Positions 1 to 9,453 of a stretch of 52,802 bases of DNA are shown one piece after another. The DNA comes from an uncultured Oscillospiraceae bacterium (GTDB taxonomy: Bacteria > Bacillota > Clostridia > Oscillospirales > Ruminococcaceae), in NCBI GenBank assembly GCA_964635385.1, contig CAZWNI010000001.1, positions 1 through 52,802 on the forward strand, in the 5' to 3' direction. Every line of letters starts with the position of its first letter. Position 1 is the first letter of the stretch. Made by a program: the position numbers and the translations under genes. The notes under the pieces are model-generated. The model ran no database searches. It worked only from the letters and a program-made list of their open reading frames with translations, and was not told the DNA's origin.

Positions 1-5
1 CAGAA

Positions 6-51
6 TCCACTGTGTGGGATTCGAACCCACTGCGTGGGGTTCGTACCCCCA
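6..51 (-). other. tRNA-like 3' half with no 5' half: anticodon-type arm, T-arm and acceptor 3' strand. Possible att-site or tRNA remnant.
   Basis: The minus strand reads TGGGG-GTACGAA-CCCCA, a 5-bp stem and 7-nt loop with U33, ACG and A37. Next come CGCA and GTGGG-TTCGAAT-CCCAC, a canonical T-arm and T-loop, then ACAGTGG-A. Upstream there is no D-arm and no complementary acceptor 5' strand, only an A/T palindrome at 52-73. Confidence 0.3.
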
Positions 52-224
52 CCAGTTTTTTGTAAAAAACTGGACTAAAAACTTTTATGTTTTACTTTTT
101 CGACAGCCTGAATGATTGGCCTTACCAATCATTATATCATAAACCGACAGGTTTTTTGGTTGGATTTCCATCAAATTTACGAAAAATAAGGACAAGCATT
201 TCTGCCTGCCCTCAATCGAGTTAT

Positions 225-2513
225 TCAGTCTGTCACCAACTGGATCTGATCGTCCATGCAGGTCAGTGCCAGCAGCTTCGGCGGGTTTTCGTACCGCTTC
301 ATCAACAAAGCTGCAATCGAATCCTCCACTTCCTTGCGAATCACTTTTTGCAGGTCACGGGCAGAATAGGCGCCGTCGTCGCTGAGCTTTGCCAGTTTCT
401 CCAAGGCAGCATCGTCGTATTGGAAGGCAATGCCACGATCCTGCAAAGAAGGTTTCATTTCGTCCAGCTTCAATGCGGCGATCTGCTTAAGCTGTTCGTG
501 GCCCAGGTTGTGGAACACCACCACTTCGTCCACCCGGCCCAAAAACTCCGGCCGCAAAAATTCCTTCAATCCCCGCATGGCCTTTTCCTTGGAAATATCA
601 TTTTCCGATTTTCCAAAGCCCACAATGCCCGATTTGTCGGAAGAACCGGCGTTGCTGGTCATGCAAATTACGGTGTTGGAAAAATCCACTGTCCGGCCTT
701 GGGAATCGGTGATCCGACCCTCATCCAGCATTTGCAGAAGAATGTTCATGACATCCGGGTGGGCTTTTTCGATTTCATCAAAGAGGATCACGGAATAGGG
801 CTTGCGGCGCACCTTCTCGGTGAGCTGGCCCGCTTCATCGTATCCGACATACCCGGGAGGGGAACCAATGAGTTTGCTGACGGTATGTTTTTCCATATAT
901 TCGGTCATATCCAGCCGAATCAACGGGTCTACCGAATCAAACAGCTCGCTGGCCAGGGACTTCACCAGCTCGGTTTTGCCGACGCCGGTAGGCCCCACAA
1001 AGATAAAGGAAGCAGGGCGCTTCACCGGAGAAAGCTGGATACGGCTTCGCTTGATGGCATTGACCACCTCATGAATGGCCTCGTCCTGGCCCACCACCCG
1101 TTTTTTCAGCCGGTCTTCCAGGCCAATAATCTTTTCAAATTCATTTTGCTTAATCTTAGAAGCCGGGATACCGGTCCACAGCTCAATCACCCGGGCCACA
1201 TCGTCTACTTCCACCGGGATATGAGCCACTTTAGGCTCCAATTCCTTCAGCTTTTCCCGGCAGGAGAGGATTTCGGATTTGGTCTGGGCAATTTTTTCGT
1301 AATCCAGCACCTCTTCCCCTTCCAGTTCCGATTCCCGCATGGTCAATTCTTTAAGGGATTTGTTGAGCTTTTCGTATTCGGTGAGCTCCGGCGCCCGGAG
1401 ACTACGGCAGGAACAGGCTTCGTCCAACAGGTCGATGGCTTTATCCGGCAGGAAGCGGTCATTGATATACCGCTCGCTGAGCTTTACCGCCAGGTCCACA
1501 ATATAGTCGCTGACCTTGACCCGATGGAACTGCTCATAGTAGCGGCGGACGCCTTTGAGCACCTGCACTGTTTCGCTGAGGGTTGGCTCGTTGACCGTTA
1601 CCGGCTGGAACCGGCGTTCCAAAGCGGAATCCTTTTCAATATGCTTGCGGTATTCGTTAAAGGTCGTGGCGCCGATGACCTGTACCTCCCCCCGGCTGAG
1701 TGCGGGTTTGAGGATATTGGCGGCGCTCATGCTGCCTTCACTGTCTCCGGTGCCTACGATGGTGTGAATCTCATCAATAAAGAGGATCACGTTTCCCGCT
1801 TTTTTGATATCATCTAGCAGCCCCTTCACCCGGCTTTCAAACTGGCCCCGGAACTGGGTGCCGGCTACCAGGCTGGTCATGTCCAGCAGGTAGAGCTGCT
1901 TATCCTGAAGCCGGAAAGGCACATTCCCCCCGGCAACCCGCTGGGCAATGCCCTCGGCAATGGCGGTTTTGCCTACGCCGGGTTCGCCAATGAGACAGGG
2001 ATTGTTTTTGCTGCGGCGGGACAGAATCTGAACCACCCGGTAAATTTCCCGATCCCGGCCTACAATATTGTCCAACTGGCCTTTTCTGGCTCGCTCTGTC
2101 AGGTTGGTGCAGAAGCTGTCCAAGAATTTATACTTTTTGGGCGGCTCCCGCCGTTCCCGTTTGCCGGTGTTTCCGGTTTTGGGCGCAGGCGGATTCGCAG
2201 GAAGATTTCCCCCCTGCTGCTTTATGGACTGCATCATCTCCCCTACGCCATTCATCATGTTCTGCAAGAAGGCAGGCATGGTTTGATTGCCGCCGGGTTC
2301 AAAAGAATCGCCGTTGGCCAATTCAGTCATTTGGTCGCTAATGGCGTCGATATCATCATCGGAAATTCCCATCTGCTCCATCATGGCAGTGACCTGAGGG
2401 AGGTTTAACTCCTTGGCACACTTCAGGCAAAGCCCTTCATTCACCGGCTTGCCGTTTTCCATTTTGGAGAGGAAAATCATCGCAACTCGTTTTTTACATC
2501 TGGAACAAAGCAT
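225..2513 (-). CDS. ClpC/ClpA-family AAA+ ATPase (two NBDs) with a Cys4 zinc-ribbon-like N-terminus
   Basis: 762 aa. Walker A motifs [13 protein letters not shown] and [10 protein letters not shown], a coiled-coil M-domain and ClpA/B signature regions. The N-terminus is CSRC...CLKC rather than Clp_N repeats. AAGGAG RBS lies upstream of the ATG at 2513. Confidence 0.9.
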   Translation of the reverse strand: MLCSRCKKRVAMIFLSKMENGKPVNEGLCLKCAKELNLPQVTAMMEQMGISDDDIDAISDQMTELANGDSFEPGGNQTMPAFLQNMMNGVGEMMQSIKQQGGNLPANPPAPKTGNTGKRERREPPKKYKFLDSFCTNLTERARKGQLDNIVGRDREIYRVVQILSRRSKNNPCLIGEPGVGKTAIAEGIAQRVAGGNVPFRLQDKQLYLLDMTSLVAGTQFRGQFESRVKGLLDDIKKAGNVILFIDEIHTIVGTGDSEGSMSAANILKPALSRGEVQVIGATTFNEYRKHIEKDSALERRFQPVTVNEPTLSETVQVLKGVRRYYEQFHRVKVSDYIVDLAVKLSERYINDRFLPDKAIDLLDEACSCRSLRAPELTEYEKLNKSLKELTMRESELEGEEVLDYEKIAQTKSEILSCREKLKELEPKVAHIPVEVDDVARVIELWTGIPASKIKQNEFEKIIGLEDRLKKRVVGQDEAIHEVVNAIKRSRIQLSPVKRPASFIFVGPTGVGKTELVKSLASELFDSVDPLIRLDMTEYMEKHTVSKLIGSPPGYVGYDEAGQLTEKVRRKPYSVILFDEIEKAHPDVMNILLQMLDEGRITDSQGRTVDFSNTVICMTSNAGSSDKSGIVGFGKSENDISKEKAMRGLKEFLRPEFLGRVDEVVVFHNLGHEQLKQIAALKLDEMKPSLQDRGIAFQYDDAALEKLAKLSDDGAYSARDLQKVIRKEVEDSIAALLMKRYENPPKLLALTCMDDQIQLVTD

Positions 2514-2575
2514 ATACGATCTCCTTTTACGCTGCCGTCTGCTGGTCCTGAAGGGTGCAGACGGATACTAGCATG

Positions 2576-2604
2576 ATTATAACAGAAAACACTCCCTCTG
2601 TCAC
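2576..2604 (-). promoter_or_regulatory. Putative sigma-70-type promoter for the clpC-like gene
   Basis: The minus strand reads GTGACA-17 nt-TATAAT, about 60 nt upstream of the start codon. Confidence 0.45.
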
Positions 2605-2666
2605 GGTCTGGAGGAATTGTTGAAAAAAAGTTTTAGATTTATTCAAAAACATACCACTCCAGCCTG

Positions 2667-2706
2667 AAAAAACCACCCTCACATCAAAACGAGGGCGGTT
2701 TTTTTA
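2667..2706 (-). terminator. Intrinsic terminator after pgsA (structurally bidirectional)
   Basis: CCACCCTC / GAGGGCGG stem with a 10-nt loop, flanked by an A-run on one side and a T-run on the other. It sits immediately downstream of the pgsA stop at 2708. Confidence 0.7.
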
Positions 2707-2707
2707 A

Positions 2708-3286
2708 TCACGGTTTTTCTTGGGCAGAACCTTCCATCGGCTTGTTCTGCTGCAGCAAGCGCAGGTACACAGGCAAATAGGAAAAGAAGGCCAACAGCAT
2801 CAATGCCAAAATCACTACCACCATGGACCACAGCATCCACAGCGGCGGTACCAAATTGAAAATAGGCAGCGCCAGCAGAATGATATAGCAGCAGTAGGTG
2901 ACAGCGGTGCAGGCCTTGCCGAACCACCTGGAGGAGGGAATTTTTATCTTCTTTTTCATCAGATAGCCGCCGCCCATAATTTGAAGGATCTCTTTGACGA
3001 TTACCACAACAGCGATCACCCAGAAAGGAGAAAACTGAATGGCAATGCAGATACTCAAAGCCAAAAGGGAAAGTTTGTCCGCTAAAGGGTCCAAGATCTT
3101 GCCAAGCTGCGTAATTTGGTTGAATCGACGGGCAATGTAACCATCTGCTACATCGGTAATGCCACTGAGCACAATAATGGCCAAGGGCAGCCAGCGCCAG
3201 GATTGGGGCAAAGGTGCAAACATAATGATTACAAAAACAGGGATCAAAATCAGCCGGACGGCTGTAAGTATATTGGGAATATTCAT
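2708..3286 (-). CDS. pgsA: CDP-diacylglycerol--glycerol-3-phosphate 3-phosphatidyltransferase
   Basis: 192 aa. CDP-alcohol phosphatidyltransferase motif DVADGYIARRFNQITQLGKILDPLADKL, multiple TM segments, GGAGGA RBS. Confidence 0.9.
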   Translation of the reverse strand: MNIPNILTAVRLILIPVFVIIMFAPLPQSWRWLPLAIIVLSGITDVADGYIARRFNQITQLGKILDPLADKLSLLALSICIAIQFSPFWVIAVVVIVKEILQIMGGGYLMKKKIKIPSSRWFGKACTAVTYCCYIILLALPIFNLVPPLWMLWSMVVVILALMLLAFFSYLPVYLRLLQQNKPMEGSAQEKP

Positions 3287-3311
3287 TTGAAACTTCCTCC
3301 AAAGGGCGTAG

Positions 3312-3950
3312 TTACCACTGTGTCCAATAGATTATATTACCACACAAAACGCTTTCCTGCAAGCCGATTTGAGCATCGTTTCCAAGAACTGCAGGCACAA
3401 CCAGCCGCATCAGCAATATATAGAGCCAGACCCAGATAAAACCGATGACCGCTCCCATCAAACCGCCCAAAAGGCTGTTGGCGGTACCGATTACCGGAAT
3501 GCGATTGACCAGCCGCAGCTTCTTTGAAATGCAGCGCACCAGAATCATCAGCACGCTAAACAGCACCAGCCACAGGATCATAGAAATCAACAGCTTCAGT
3601 CCAGTTTGAACAATCACATCGGTAAGGGTTTGGGCAGTAGCATCTGCGCTGATTTCCAAACCGGTAAGCTGCTGCAGCCAGGAAAAAAATCCGCCGGTCT
3701 GCTGAATGGAACCATCTATCTGCCATTGGGCCAAAGCATTTTCCACCTGCTGGCTGATAGACGGCCGGAACCATTCGGCAATAACAGGAGAGAGCTGATT
3801 CGACAACAGCAAAGCCCCGGCATAGGCTACAAAGTAGCCCGCCAAATGAACCAGGGTCCCGGCAAATCCCTTTTTGGCATATCTGATGACAACAGTAATG
3901 AAAATCAGAAGAGCGATCCCATCAAAAATCAAAGAAAAAATCCAGCTCAT
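3312..3950 (-). CDS. cvpA: CvpA-family integral membrane protein
   Basis: 212 aa polytopic membrane protein with a CvpA-like N-terminus (FDGIALLIFITVVIRYAKKGF). ATGA overlap with the upstream gene. Confidence 0.6.
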   Translation of the reverse strand: MSWIFSLIFDGIALLIFITVVIRYAKKGFAGTLVHLAGYFVAYAGALLLSNQLSPVIAEWFRPSISQQVENALAQWQIDGSIQQTGGFFSWLQQLTGLEISADATAQTLTDVIVQTGLKLLISMILWLVLFSVLMILVRCISKKLRLVNRIPVIGTANSLLGGLMGAVIGFIWVWLYILLMRLVVPAVLGNDAQIGLQESVLCGNIIYWTQW

Positions 3951-5203
3951 TCATTTTCCTCCCCTGGAGCCAGCCGCTGAAAGGTATCGGCGCCGATGAC
4001 ATAACAGACATTGCCAAGGCGCACGGCTTGGGTATAACTGCGGTTATTCTCATATTGATACTGCACCGTCAAACTCTGATCGGTTAACACAATGGAGTCA
4101 GAAGTCAGGTATACCAACCCATCGCCGCTGCTGTATACATCCAGCACCGCCTGCGCTACATCAACTTCGGCTGTTACTGCGCCGGAAGCGTCCAACACTG
4201 CCAGATGAGAGGCGTTGGGGTCGGTGGCGTCTTGCGTGGCAACCAGCAGATTGCCTTCCTCCAGTCCCCCCAAAGCACATAACGCTCCGCTGAAAGAATA
4301 GGTGTTTAACAACGTTCCCTTGCTATCCATGGTGTATACCCCTTGCTGGGCTACCAGTTGGATATTGTTCCCTTTTATGGTCAAAGAAAGGGGCAGCACC
4401 CCGCTGAGGCTGGTAAGATATTCTTCCTGATCCTGACTGGTACTCAGCCGGTAGATTTTTGTGACATAATCGGCATTTTCCACATTGACAGTGGCAACTA
4501 TCAACTCGCCGCTGTTGACAAATGCAGCAGCCATAATATAATTTTCCGCCGAGGACCATTTGTAGATCTGGCTTCCGCTCCGGTTATAGATGGAAATGCT
4601 GCCCCGGTACCGGCTTTCGGTGGTGGCGACTGCAAACGCCCCGCCGTCTTCCACAGCGCAGAACAGGATCGTGTTGTCCGCAGTGATCGTGCGGATATTT
4701 CCTCCGGAATCATCTAGCTTGACCGTATAGCCTCCCTGGTCGTAGGTGAGGAGCTTATCCCCGGCACTGACGGAAATCGGATTGGAACAGCCATGCTGCA
4801 ATGTGGTGTAGCTGGAAGCATTCCCCGAATAGAAGGTGGCGTCTCCGGAGTCGGTGAGAACGATCCACTTGCCGCAGACATGAATGTCCAGCGGAGCATC
4901 GTCCTGGGTACTGATGGGAAAACTCAGGGAACGCTGGCTGGAAGAAGAGTTCTGTACAATGGAACTCACCAGAAAAAACGCCGCCATGAGAATCAGAAAA
5001 ACAAGAATGACAATGGCAAAGCGGACAATCAGCGTGCGGCGGCGAAGTTCTTTTTTGATCTTCAGCACCGCCAAAGAATCCTTCTGATCCGGCAGATCCA
5101 GTTGTTCCTGCAGCGCCGCCGAAGCGGATTTTTTCAGTTTCCGGCGCTGAGCCACCGGAGCGGCATGCTGAAGATTCTTTTTTGTTTTCTTAATTTTTTT
5201 CAT
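3947..5203 (-). CDS. Membrane-anchored hypothetical protein: basic N-tail, one TM segment, beta-rich extracytoplasmic domain
   Basis: Start moved to the ATG at 5203 (MKKIKKTKK), which has a GGAGGGGG RBS. TM segment is FAIVILVFLILMAAFFLV. No catalytic motif recognised. Confidence 0.6.
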   Translation of the reverse strand: MKKIKKTKKNLQHAAPVAQRRKLKKSASAALQEQLDLPDQKDSLAVLKIKKELRRRTLIVRFAIVILVFLILMAAFFLVSSIVQNSSSSQRSLSFPISTQDDAPLDIHVCGKWIVLTDSGDATFYSGNASSYTTLQHGCSNPISVSAGDKLLTYDQGGYTVKLDDSGGNIRTITADNTILFCAVEDGGAFAVATTESRYRGSISIYNRSGSQIYKWSSAENYIMAAAFVNSGELIVATVNVENADYVTKIYRLSTSQDQEEYLTSLSGVLPLSLTIKGNNIQLVAQQGVYTMDSKGTLLNTYSFSGALCALGGLEEGNLLVATQDATDPNASHLAVLDASGAVTAEVDVAQAVLDVYSSGDGLVYLTSDSIVLTDQSLTVQYQYENNRSYTQAVRLGNVCYVIGADTFQRLAPGEENE

Positions 5204-5954
5204 CCGGCAGTCCCCCTCCGTATTCCACATGATCTAAATAAAGCCCTTGAGCCGGTGCGGTGCGGCCAGCACGATTTCGATCCAAACCGGCTAAGATTTC
5301 CGGAATGGCGTGGGGTGGGATCGTTTTTTCGCTGATCTCCAGCAGCGTCCCTACCATGATCCGCACCATATGGTATAAAAACCCGTTTCCTTCCACCGCA
5401 AAGTACACTTGATCCTTCTGCCGCATCACCGAAGCGGAATAGATGGTGCGCACATGGGATTCCATTTCCTTGCCCCCGGCAGCACAGAAGGCAGAAAAAT
5501 CGTGGGTACCCACAAAGTCCTGGGCGGCTCGGTGCAGCAGCTTCTCATCCAGCCGCCGGGGATACCGCAGACACAGCCCCTGGGCAAAGGGGTCCTTCAC
5601 CGGGTGGTTGTGAATGCGGTAAAGATACCGTTTCCACTGCACCGAGTACCGGGCATGAAAGGACTCCCCCACTTCCCGGCAGCTTTTCACCGCAATGGTA
5701 TCCGGCAGGACGGCGTTTAAGGCATAGACCAGTTTTTCACAGGGAATCGATGCCTGGGTAATCGTGTGGAAGTAAAATTGATTGGCGTGGACCCCGGCGT
5801 CGGTACGGGAACAGCCGGTCACCGGGACCCGCTGCTTCAACACTGCTTCCAGCCCATCCTGCACAGTCTGAGCCACTGAAACGGCGTTTTTTTGTACCTG
5901 CCAGCCGTGGAATGCGGCGCCATTGTAAGCAAGCTCCACCAGGAGTTTTCGCAT
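5190..5954 (-). CDS. truA: tRNA pseudouridine(38-40) synthase
   Basis: MRKLLVELAYNGAAFHGWQ N-terminus and catalytic RTDAGVHA. AAGGAG sits 6 nt before the ATG at 5954, so the ORF-track start at 5978 looks like an N-terminal extension. Conserved position after ecfT. Confidence 0.9.
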   Translation of the reverse strand: MRKLLVELAYNGAAFHGWQVQKNAVSVAQTVQDGLEAVLKQRVPVTGCSRTDAGVHANQFYFHTITQASIPCEKLVYALNAVLPDTIAVKSCREVGESFHARYSVQWKRYLYRIHNHPVKDPFAQGLCLRYPRRLDEKLLHRAAQDFVGTHDFSAFCAAGGKEMESHVRTIYSASVMRQKDQVYFAVEGNGFLYHMVRIMVGTLLEISEKTIPPHAIPEILAGLDRNRAGRTAPAQGLYLDHVEYGGGLPDEKN

Positions 5955-5979
5955 GGTTTTCTCCTTATCGGACATCACA

Positions 5980-6789
5980 TTAGATATTGGGCAGTAGAAA
6001 ATTCAAGACGATACAAAGGGCGAACAGCAGCACCATGGAAAGATAGGCGATACCGTCCTGCCAGTGATAGCGAAGCTGCCGAAGCCGGGTGCGCCCTTCC
6101 CCGCCCCGGTAACAACGGCATTCCATGGCCATGGCCAGCTCTTCTGCCCGGCGAAATGCAGAGATAAACAACGGAATGAGGATCGGAACCAACGCCTTGG
6201 CTCGATGAATCAATCCGCCGGATTCAAAATCCGCTCCCCGTGCTTTTTGGGCAGACATGATTTTGTCGGTCTCCTCAACCAAAGTGGGGATAAAGCGCAG
6301 GGCAATGGACATCATCATGGTTACTTCATGCACCGGAAGGTGAATCTTTTGCAAAGGACGCAGCCCCTTCTCCATGCCATCGGTGAGGGCGATAGGAGAA
6401 GTGGTGTAGGTAAGCATAGAGGTGCCCACAATGAGAATGGTCAGTCGAACGATCATTTTAATGGCAAAATAGATTCCTTCCCAGGAGATGTGAACAATCC
6501 CCCAATCCAGAACGCGGTTGCCGTCAATAAAAAACAGGTTCAGAACCGCAGTCACCGCCATGATGGGTAGAATGGGCTTGACCCCACGCAGCACATTGCT
6601 CACCGGGATCTTGGAAATGGCGATGACCACCCCCATATAGACGGCGCTGACCAAAAAACCCACCCAAGTGTTCACCACAAACAGCAGCACCAGATAAAGC
6701 ACCGTACAGACCAGTTTACATCTGGGGTCCAGCCGGTGGATCACCGACTGACCGGGAAAGAATTGGCCGAAGGTAAAGTTATTGAGCAT
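5980..6789 (-). CDS. ecfT: Energy-coupling factor transporter transmembrane (T) component
   Basis: Starts at the internal ATG at 6789 (MLNNFTFGQFFPGQSVIHRLDPR, a typical EcfT/CbiQ N-terminus). Upstream ORF residues overlap ecfA2 and are not protein-like. Confidence 0.9.
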   Translation of the reverse strand: MLNNFTFGQFFPGQSVIHRLDPRCKLVCTVLYLVLLFVVNTWVGFLVSAVYMGVVIAISKIPVSNVLRGVKPILPIMAVTAVLNLFFIDGNRVLDWGIVHISWEGIYFAIKMIVRLTILIVGTSMLTYTTSPIALTDGMEKGLRPLQKIHLPVHEVTMMMSIALRFIPTLVEETDKIMSAQKARGADFESGGLIHRAKALVPILIPLFISAFRRAEELAMAMECRCYRGGEGRTRLRQLRYHWQDGIAYLSMVLLFALCIVLNFLLPNI

Positions 6790-7657
6790 GGGGTTCCCCC
6801 TTTCCGGCAGGCCGGTGGAGGTATTCCAACAGCTTTTGGGCGCCGTAAGGCACGGTGTAGATCTTGTGGTTGCTGATGTGGAATCCCTTTTGCTCCAAAT
6901 GCTGGAACAGCAGGGTGATCTGGGGCACGTCCAGCCCCATTTCCTCCAGTTCCTGCCAGCGGGAAAATACCTGTTCCACCGTATCGAAGGCAAAGATTCT
7001 GGATTGGTTCATTACCAGCACCTTTTCGCAGTATCGGGCCACGTCTTCCATGCTGTGGCTTACCAGCAGCACCGTGGAGCCGGTGGCTTTGCGGTAGTGG
7101 GCGATCATTTGCAGGATCAGGTCCCGCCCCCTGGGGTCCAGTCCGGCGGTAGGCTCGTCCAAGATCAGCACTTTTGGCTCCATGGCAATGACCCCGGCAA
7201 TGGCTACCCGGCGTTTCTGTCCGCCGGACAGGTCAAAGGGACTATGTTCCAGATAGGAAGCAGGCAGTTCCACCATTTCCATGGCACGCTCCACCCGGCG
7301 CTTGATTTCCTCTTCCGAAAGGCCCATATTGGTGGGACCGAAGGCGATGTCCTTTCCCACAGTCTCTTCAAAAAGCTGATATTCCGGGTACTGGAACACC
7401 AACCCCACCTGAAACCGCACCGGACGGAGATTTTTCTTATCCGCCCAAATGTCCGTCCCATCCAACAGCACCTGTCCCTGGGTGGGGCGCAGCAGGCCGT
7501 TGAGATGCTGGATCAAGGTGGATTTACCGGAACCGGTGTGGCCGATAATGCCGATAAACTCCCCTTCCCCAATGGTCAGGTTAATGTGATCCAGCGCCGT
7601 TTTTTCAAAGGGAGTTTTGGGGGAATACACATAGCTGACGTCTTTCAACTCAATCAT
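6779..7657 (-). CDS. ecfA2: ECF transporter ATPase component A2
   Basis: Walker A GHTGSGKST, signature LSGGQKRRV, Walker B LILDEPT. ATG at 7657 has a GGAGG RBS and an ATGA overlap with ecfA1. Confidence 0.9.
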   Translation of the reverse strand: MIELKDVSYVYSPKTPFEKTALDHINLTIGEGEFIGIIGHTGSGKSTLIQHLNGLLRPTQGQVLLDGTDIWADKKNLRPVRFQVGLVFQYPEYQLFEETVGKDIAFGPTNMGLSEEEIKRRVERAMEMVELPASYLEHSPFDLSGGQKRRVAIAGVIAMEPKVLILDEPTAGLDPRGRDLILQMIAHYRKATGSTVLLVSHSMEDVARYCEKVLVMNQSRIFAFDTVEQVFSRWQELEEMGLDVPQITLLFQHLEQKGFHISNHKIYTVPYGAQKLLEYLHRPAGKGEPHAQ

Positions 7658-8508
7658 TTCACCCCACCTCCCAACAGCCGGCAGAGAGCGTCCAGACACT
7701 CCGGCTCGGTTAAAATTCCTTCCGGCAGAGGCACGCCTGCCTGGCGCAGCCGCCAGCAAAGTTCGGTGACCTGAGGAAGGTCCAACCCCAGATTTCGAAT
7801 GACATTGACCTGGCTGAACACCTCTTTTGGCGTTCCATTGAGGGCAACCTGTCCCTGATCCATCACCACCACCCGGTCCGCCTGACAGGCTTCGTCCATA
7901 TAGTGGGTAATCAGTACCACGGTGGTGCCTTTGGTTTGATTAAGCTGACGGACGGTATTCAGCACTTCCCGCCGTCCTCTGGGGTCCAGCATGGCAGTTG
8001 GCTCGTCCAGCACAATGCACTCCGGCTCCATAGCCAGCACCCCGGCGATGGCAATCCGCTGCTTCTGACCGCCGGACAACTGGTGCGGGGCGTGCATACG
8101 GAAATCGTACATCTCCACCTGCTTAAGCGCCTGGTCCACCCGGCGGCGGATTTCTCCTGGCTCCACCCCCATGTTTTCCAAAGCGAAGGCCACATCCTCC
8201 TCCACTACATTCGCTACCAACTGATTGTCCGGATTTTGGAACACCATTCCAACCCGGCTGCGGATCTCATACAGGTTTTCTTCCTGTGCCGTATCAAATC
8301 CGCAAACGGTGCAGTTTCCCCCGGTGGGGACCAGAATGGCGTTGAGGAGTTTGGCCAAGGTAGATTTCCCGGAGCCGTTCTGCCCCAGGATCGCTAAAAA
8401 TTCCCCCTGTTCCACCGTTAGATCCAGGTGGTTGAGCACCCGCAAAGGAGCGGCTTCTTCCCGGGGGTAGTCAAAAATCACATCGGAAAGAGAAATCAAA
8501 TGATTCAA
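7654..8508 (-). CDS. ecfA1: ECF transporter ATPase component A1
   Basis: Walker A GQNGSGKST, LSGGQKQR, IVLDEPT. The most likely start is the TTG at 8508, 7 nt after AGAGG. The longer ORF overlaps the upstream gene. Confidence 0.85.
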   Translation of the reverse strand: MNHLISLSDVIFDYPREEAAPLRVLNHLDLTVEQGEFLAILGQNGSGKSTLAKLLNAILVPTGGNCTVCGFDTAQEENLYEIRSRVGMVFQNPDNQLVANVVEEDVAFALENMGVEPGEIRRRVDQALKQVEMYDFRMHAPHQLSGGQKQRIAIAGVLAMEPECIVLDEPTAMLDPRGRREVLNTVRQLNQTKGTTVVLITHYMDEACQADRVVVMDQGQVALNGTPKEVFSQVNVIRNLGLDLPQVTELCWRLRQAGVPLPEGILTEPECLDALCRLLGGGVK

Positions 8509-8539
8509 AACAAAACCTCTGTTTCCAAATAGGATATTA

Positions 8540-9406
8540 TTAGTCTTTCTGCCAAATGGCGGTGGAGCCGCAGGGCAGCACCAAACCGCTCTGCTCCACC
8601 GGCAGGCCGATCTCGTCGGCGGAAACGCCGCCGCCCAGCTTAGGCTGCACCACACAGCCTAACAGATAGGCCATTACTGAGGGCGACAGGCCGGTGGTAT
8701 AAGAATTGAGCAGGAAAAACAAAGCGTTTTCCTTCAAAAGCAGGGAGCAGCGCTCCACCAAATGATAGATCTTTTCTTCCAGCTTCCAAATTTCCCCGCC
8801 GGGCCCCCGGCCATAGCTGGGCGGATCCATCACAATGCCGTCGTATTGATTGCCCCGGCGGATCTCCCGCTCCACAAACTTTTCACAGTCATCCACCAGC
8901 CAGCGGACAGGCTTATCTTCCAGGCCGGAGAGCTTGGCGTTTTCCCTGGCCCAATGGACCATGCCCTTACTGGCGTCCACATGGGTCACCGCCGCTCCGG
9001 CAGCGGCGCAGGCCAAGGTTGCGCCGCCGGTATAGGCGAAGAGATTCAACACCTTTACCGGGCGGTTGGCCGCTGCAATGCGCTGGGCCATCCAATCCCA
9101 ATTCACCGCCTGTTCCGGGAACAGACCGGTGTGCTTAAAGCCGGTAGGCTGGATGCGAAAGGTCAGGCTGCCGTAACGGATATTCCAGCTTTGGGGAAGA
9201 TCGGAAAAATATTCCCAGCTTCCCCCGCCTTTCTGACTGCGGTGGTAGTGGGCATCGGGGCGTCTCCAGCCGGAATGCTGCCTGGGGGTGTCCCAAAGAA
9301 TCTGAGGGTCCGGGCGAACCAGCACCGTTTTTCCCCAGGTTTCCAGCCGTTCCCCGCCGGAACAGTCCAGCAGGCGGTAATCCTGCCATTGAGATGAAGT
9401 GCGCAT
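8540..9406 (-). CDS. Class I SAM-dependent methyltransferase (RlmI/RlmK-like fold)
   Basis: SAM-binding region VLNLFAYTGGATLACA, then DPPSYGRG. The ATG at 9406 gives an MRTSSQWQDYRLLD N-terminus. The rRNA substrate is inferred only by family resemblance. Confidence 0.75.
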   Translation of the reverse strand: MRTSSQWQDYRLLDCSGGERLETWGKTVLVRPDPQILWDTPRQHSGWRRPDAHYHRSQKGGGSWEYFSDLPQSWNIRYGSLTFRIQPTGFKHTGLFPEQAVNWDWMAQRIAAANRPVKVLNLFAYTGGATLACAAAGAAVTHVDASKGMVHWARENAKLSGLEDKPVRWLVDDCEKFVEREIRRGNQYDGIVMDPPSYGRGPGGEIWKLEEKIYHLVERCSLLLKENALFFLLNSYTTGLSPSVMAYLLGCVVQPKLGGGVSADEIGLPVEQSGLVLPCGSTAIWQKD

Positions 9407-9453
9407 ACAACAGCAATCCTTTCTGTCTATTGTTCCTATTCTTCTCAAAAACC

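Noticed and set aside
52-73. Perfect A/T-rich palindrome CCAGTTTTTT-GT-AAAAAACTGG, considered as the clpC terminator
   Set aside because: It lies ~150 nt beyond the clpC stop, the stem is almost entirely A-T, and the loop has only 2-4 nt. Its function is unclear, so it is reported only in the context of the tRNA-like fragment.
87-1817. 576-aa plus-strand ORF
   Set aside because: It is entirely antisense to the ClpC-like gene, whose AAA+ motifs are unambiguous. Its composition is H/Q/F/G-rich with no recognisable motif or RBS, as expected of a GC-rich antisense frame.
2533-2566. 8-bp hairpin and a GGTC...GGTG direct-repeat-like element in the clpC 5' leader, considered as a CtsR operator
   Set aside because: It is a poor match to the CtsR heptad repeat (GGTCAAA-NAN-GGTCAAA), and no ctsR gene is adjacent. 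It may simply be leader structure.
5980-6993. N-terminal ORF extensions in the track (ecfT; also 6779-7759, 7654-8655, 28545-29384, 30012-31247, 44546-44680, 51075-51170)
   Set aside because: The extensions overlap the preceding gene or a promoter and lack protein-like sequence. Internal starts with good SD spacing give canonical family N-termini.
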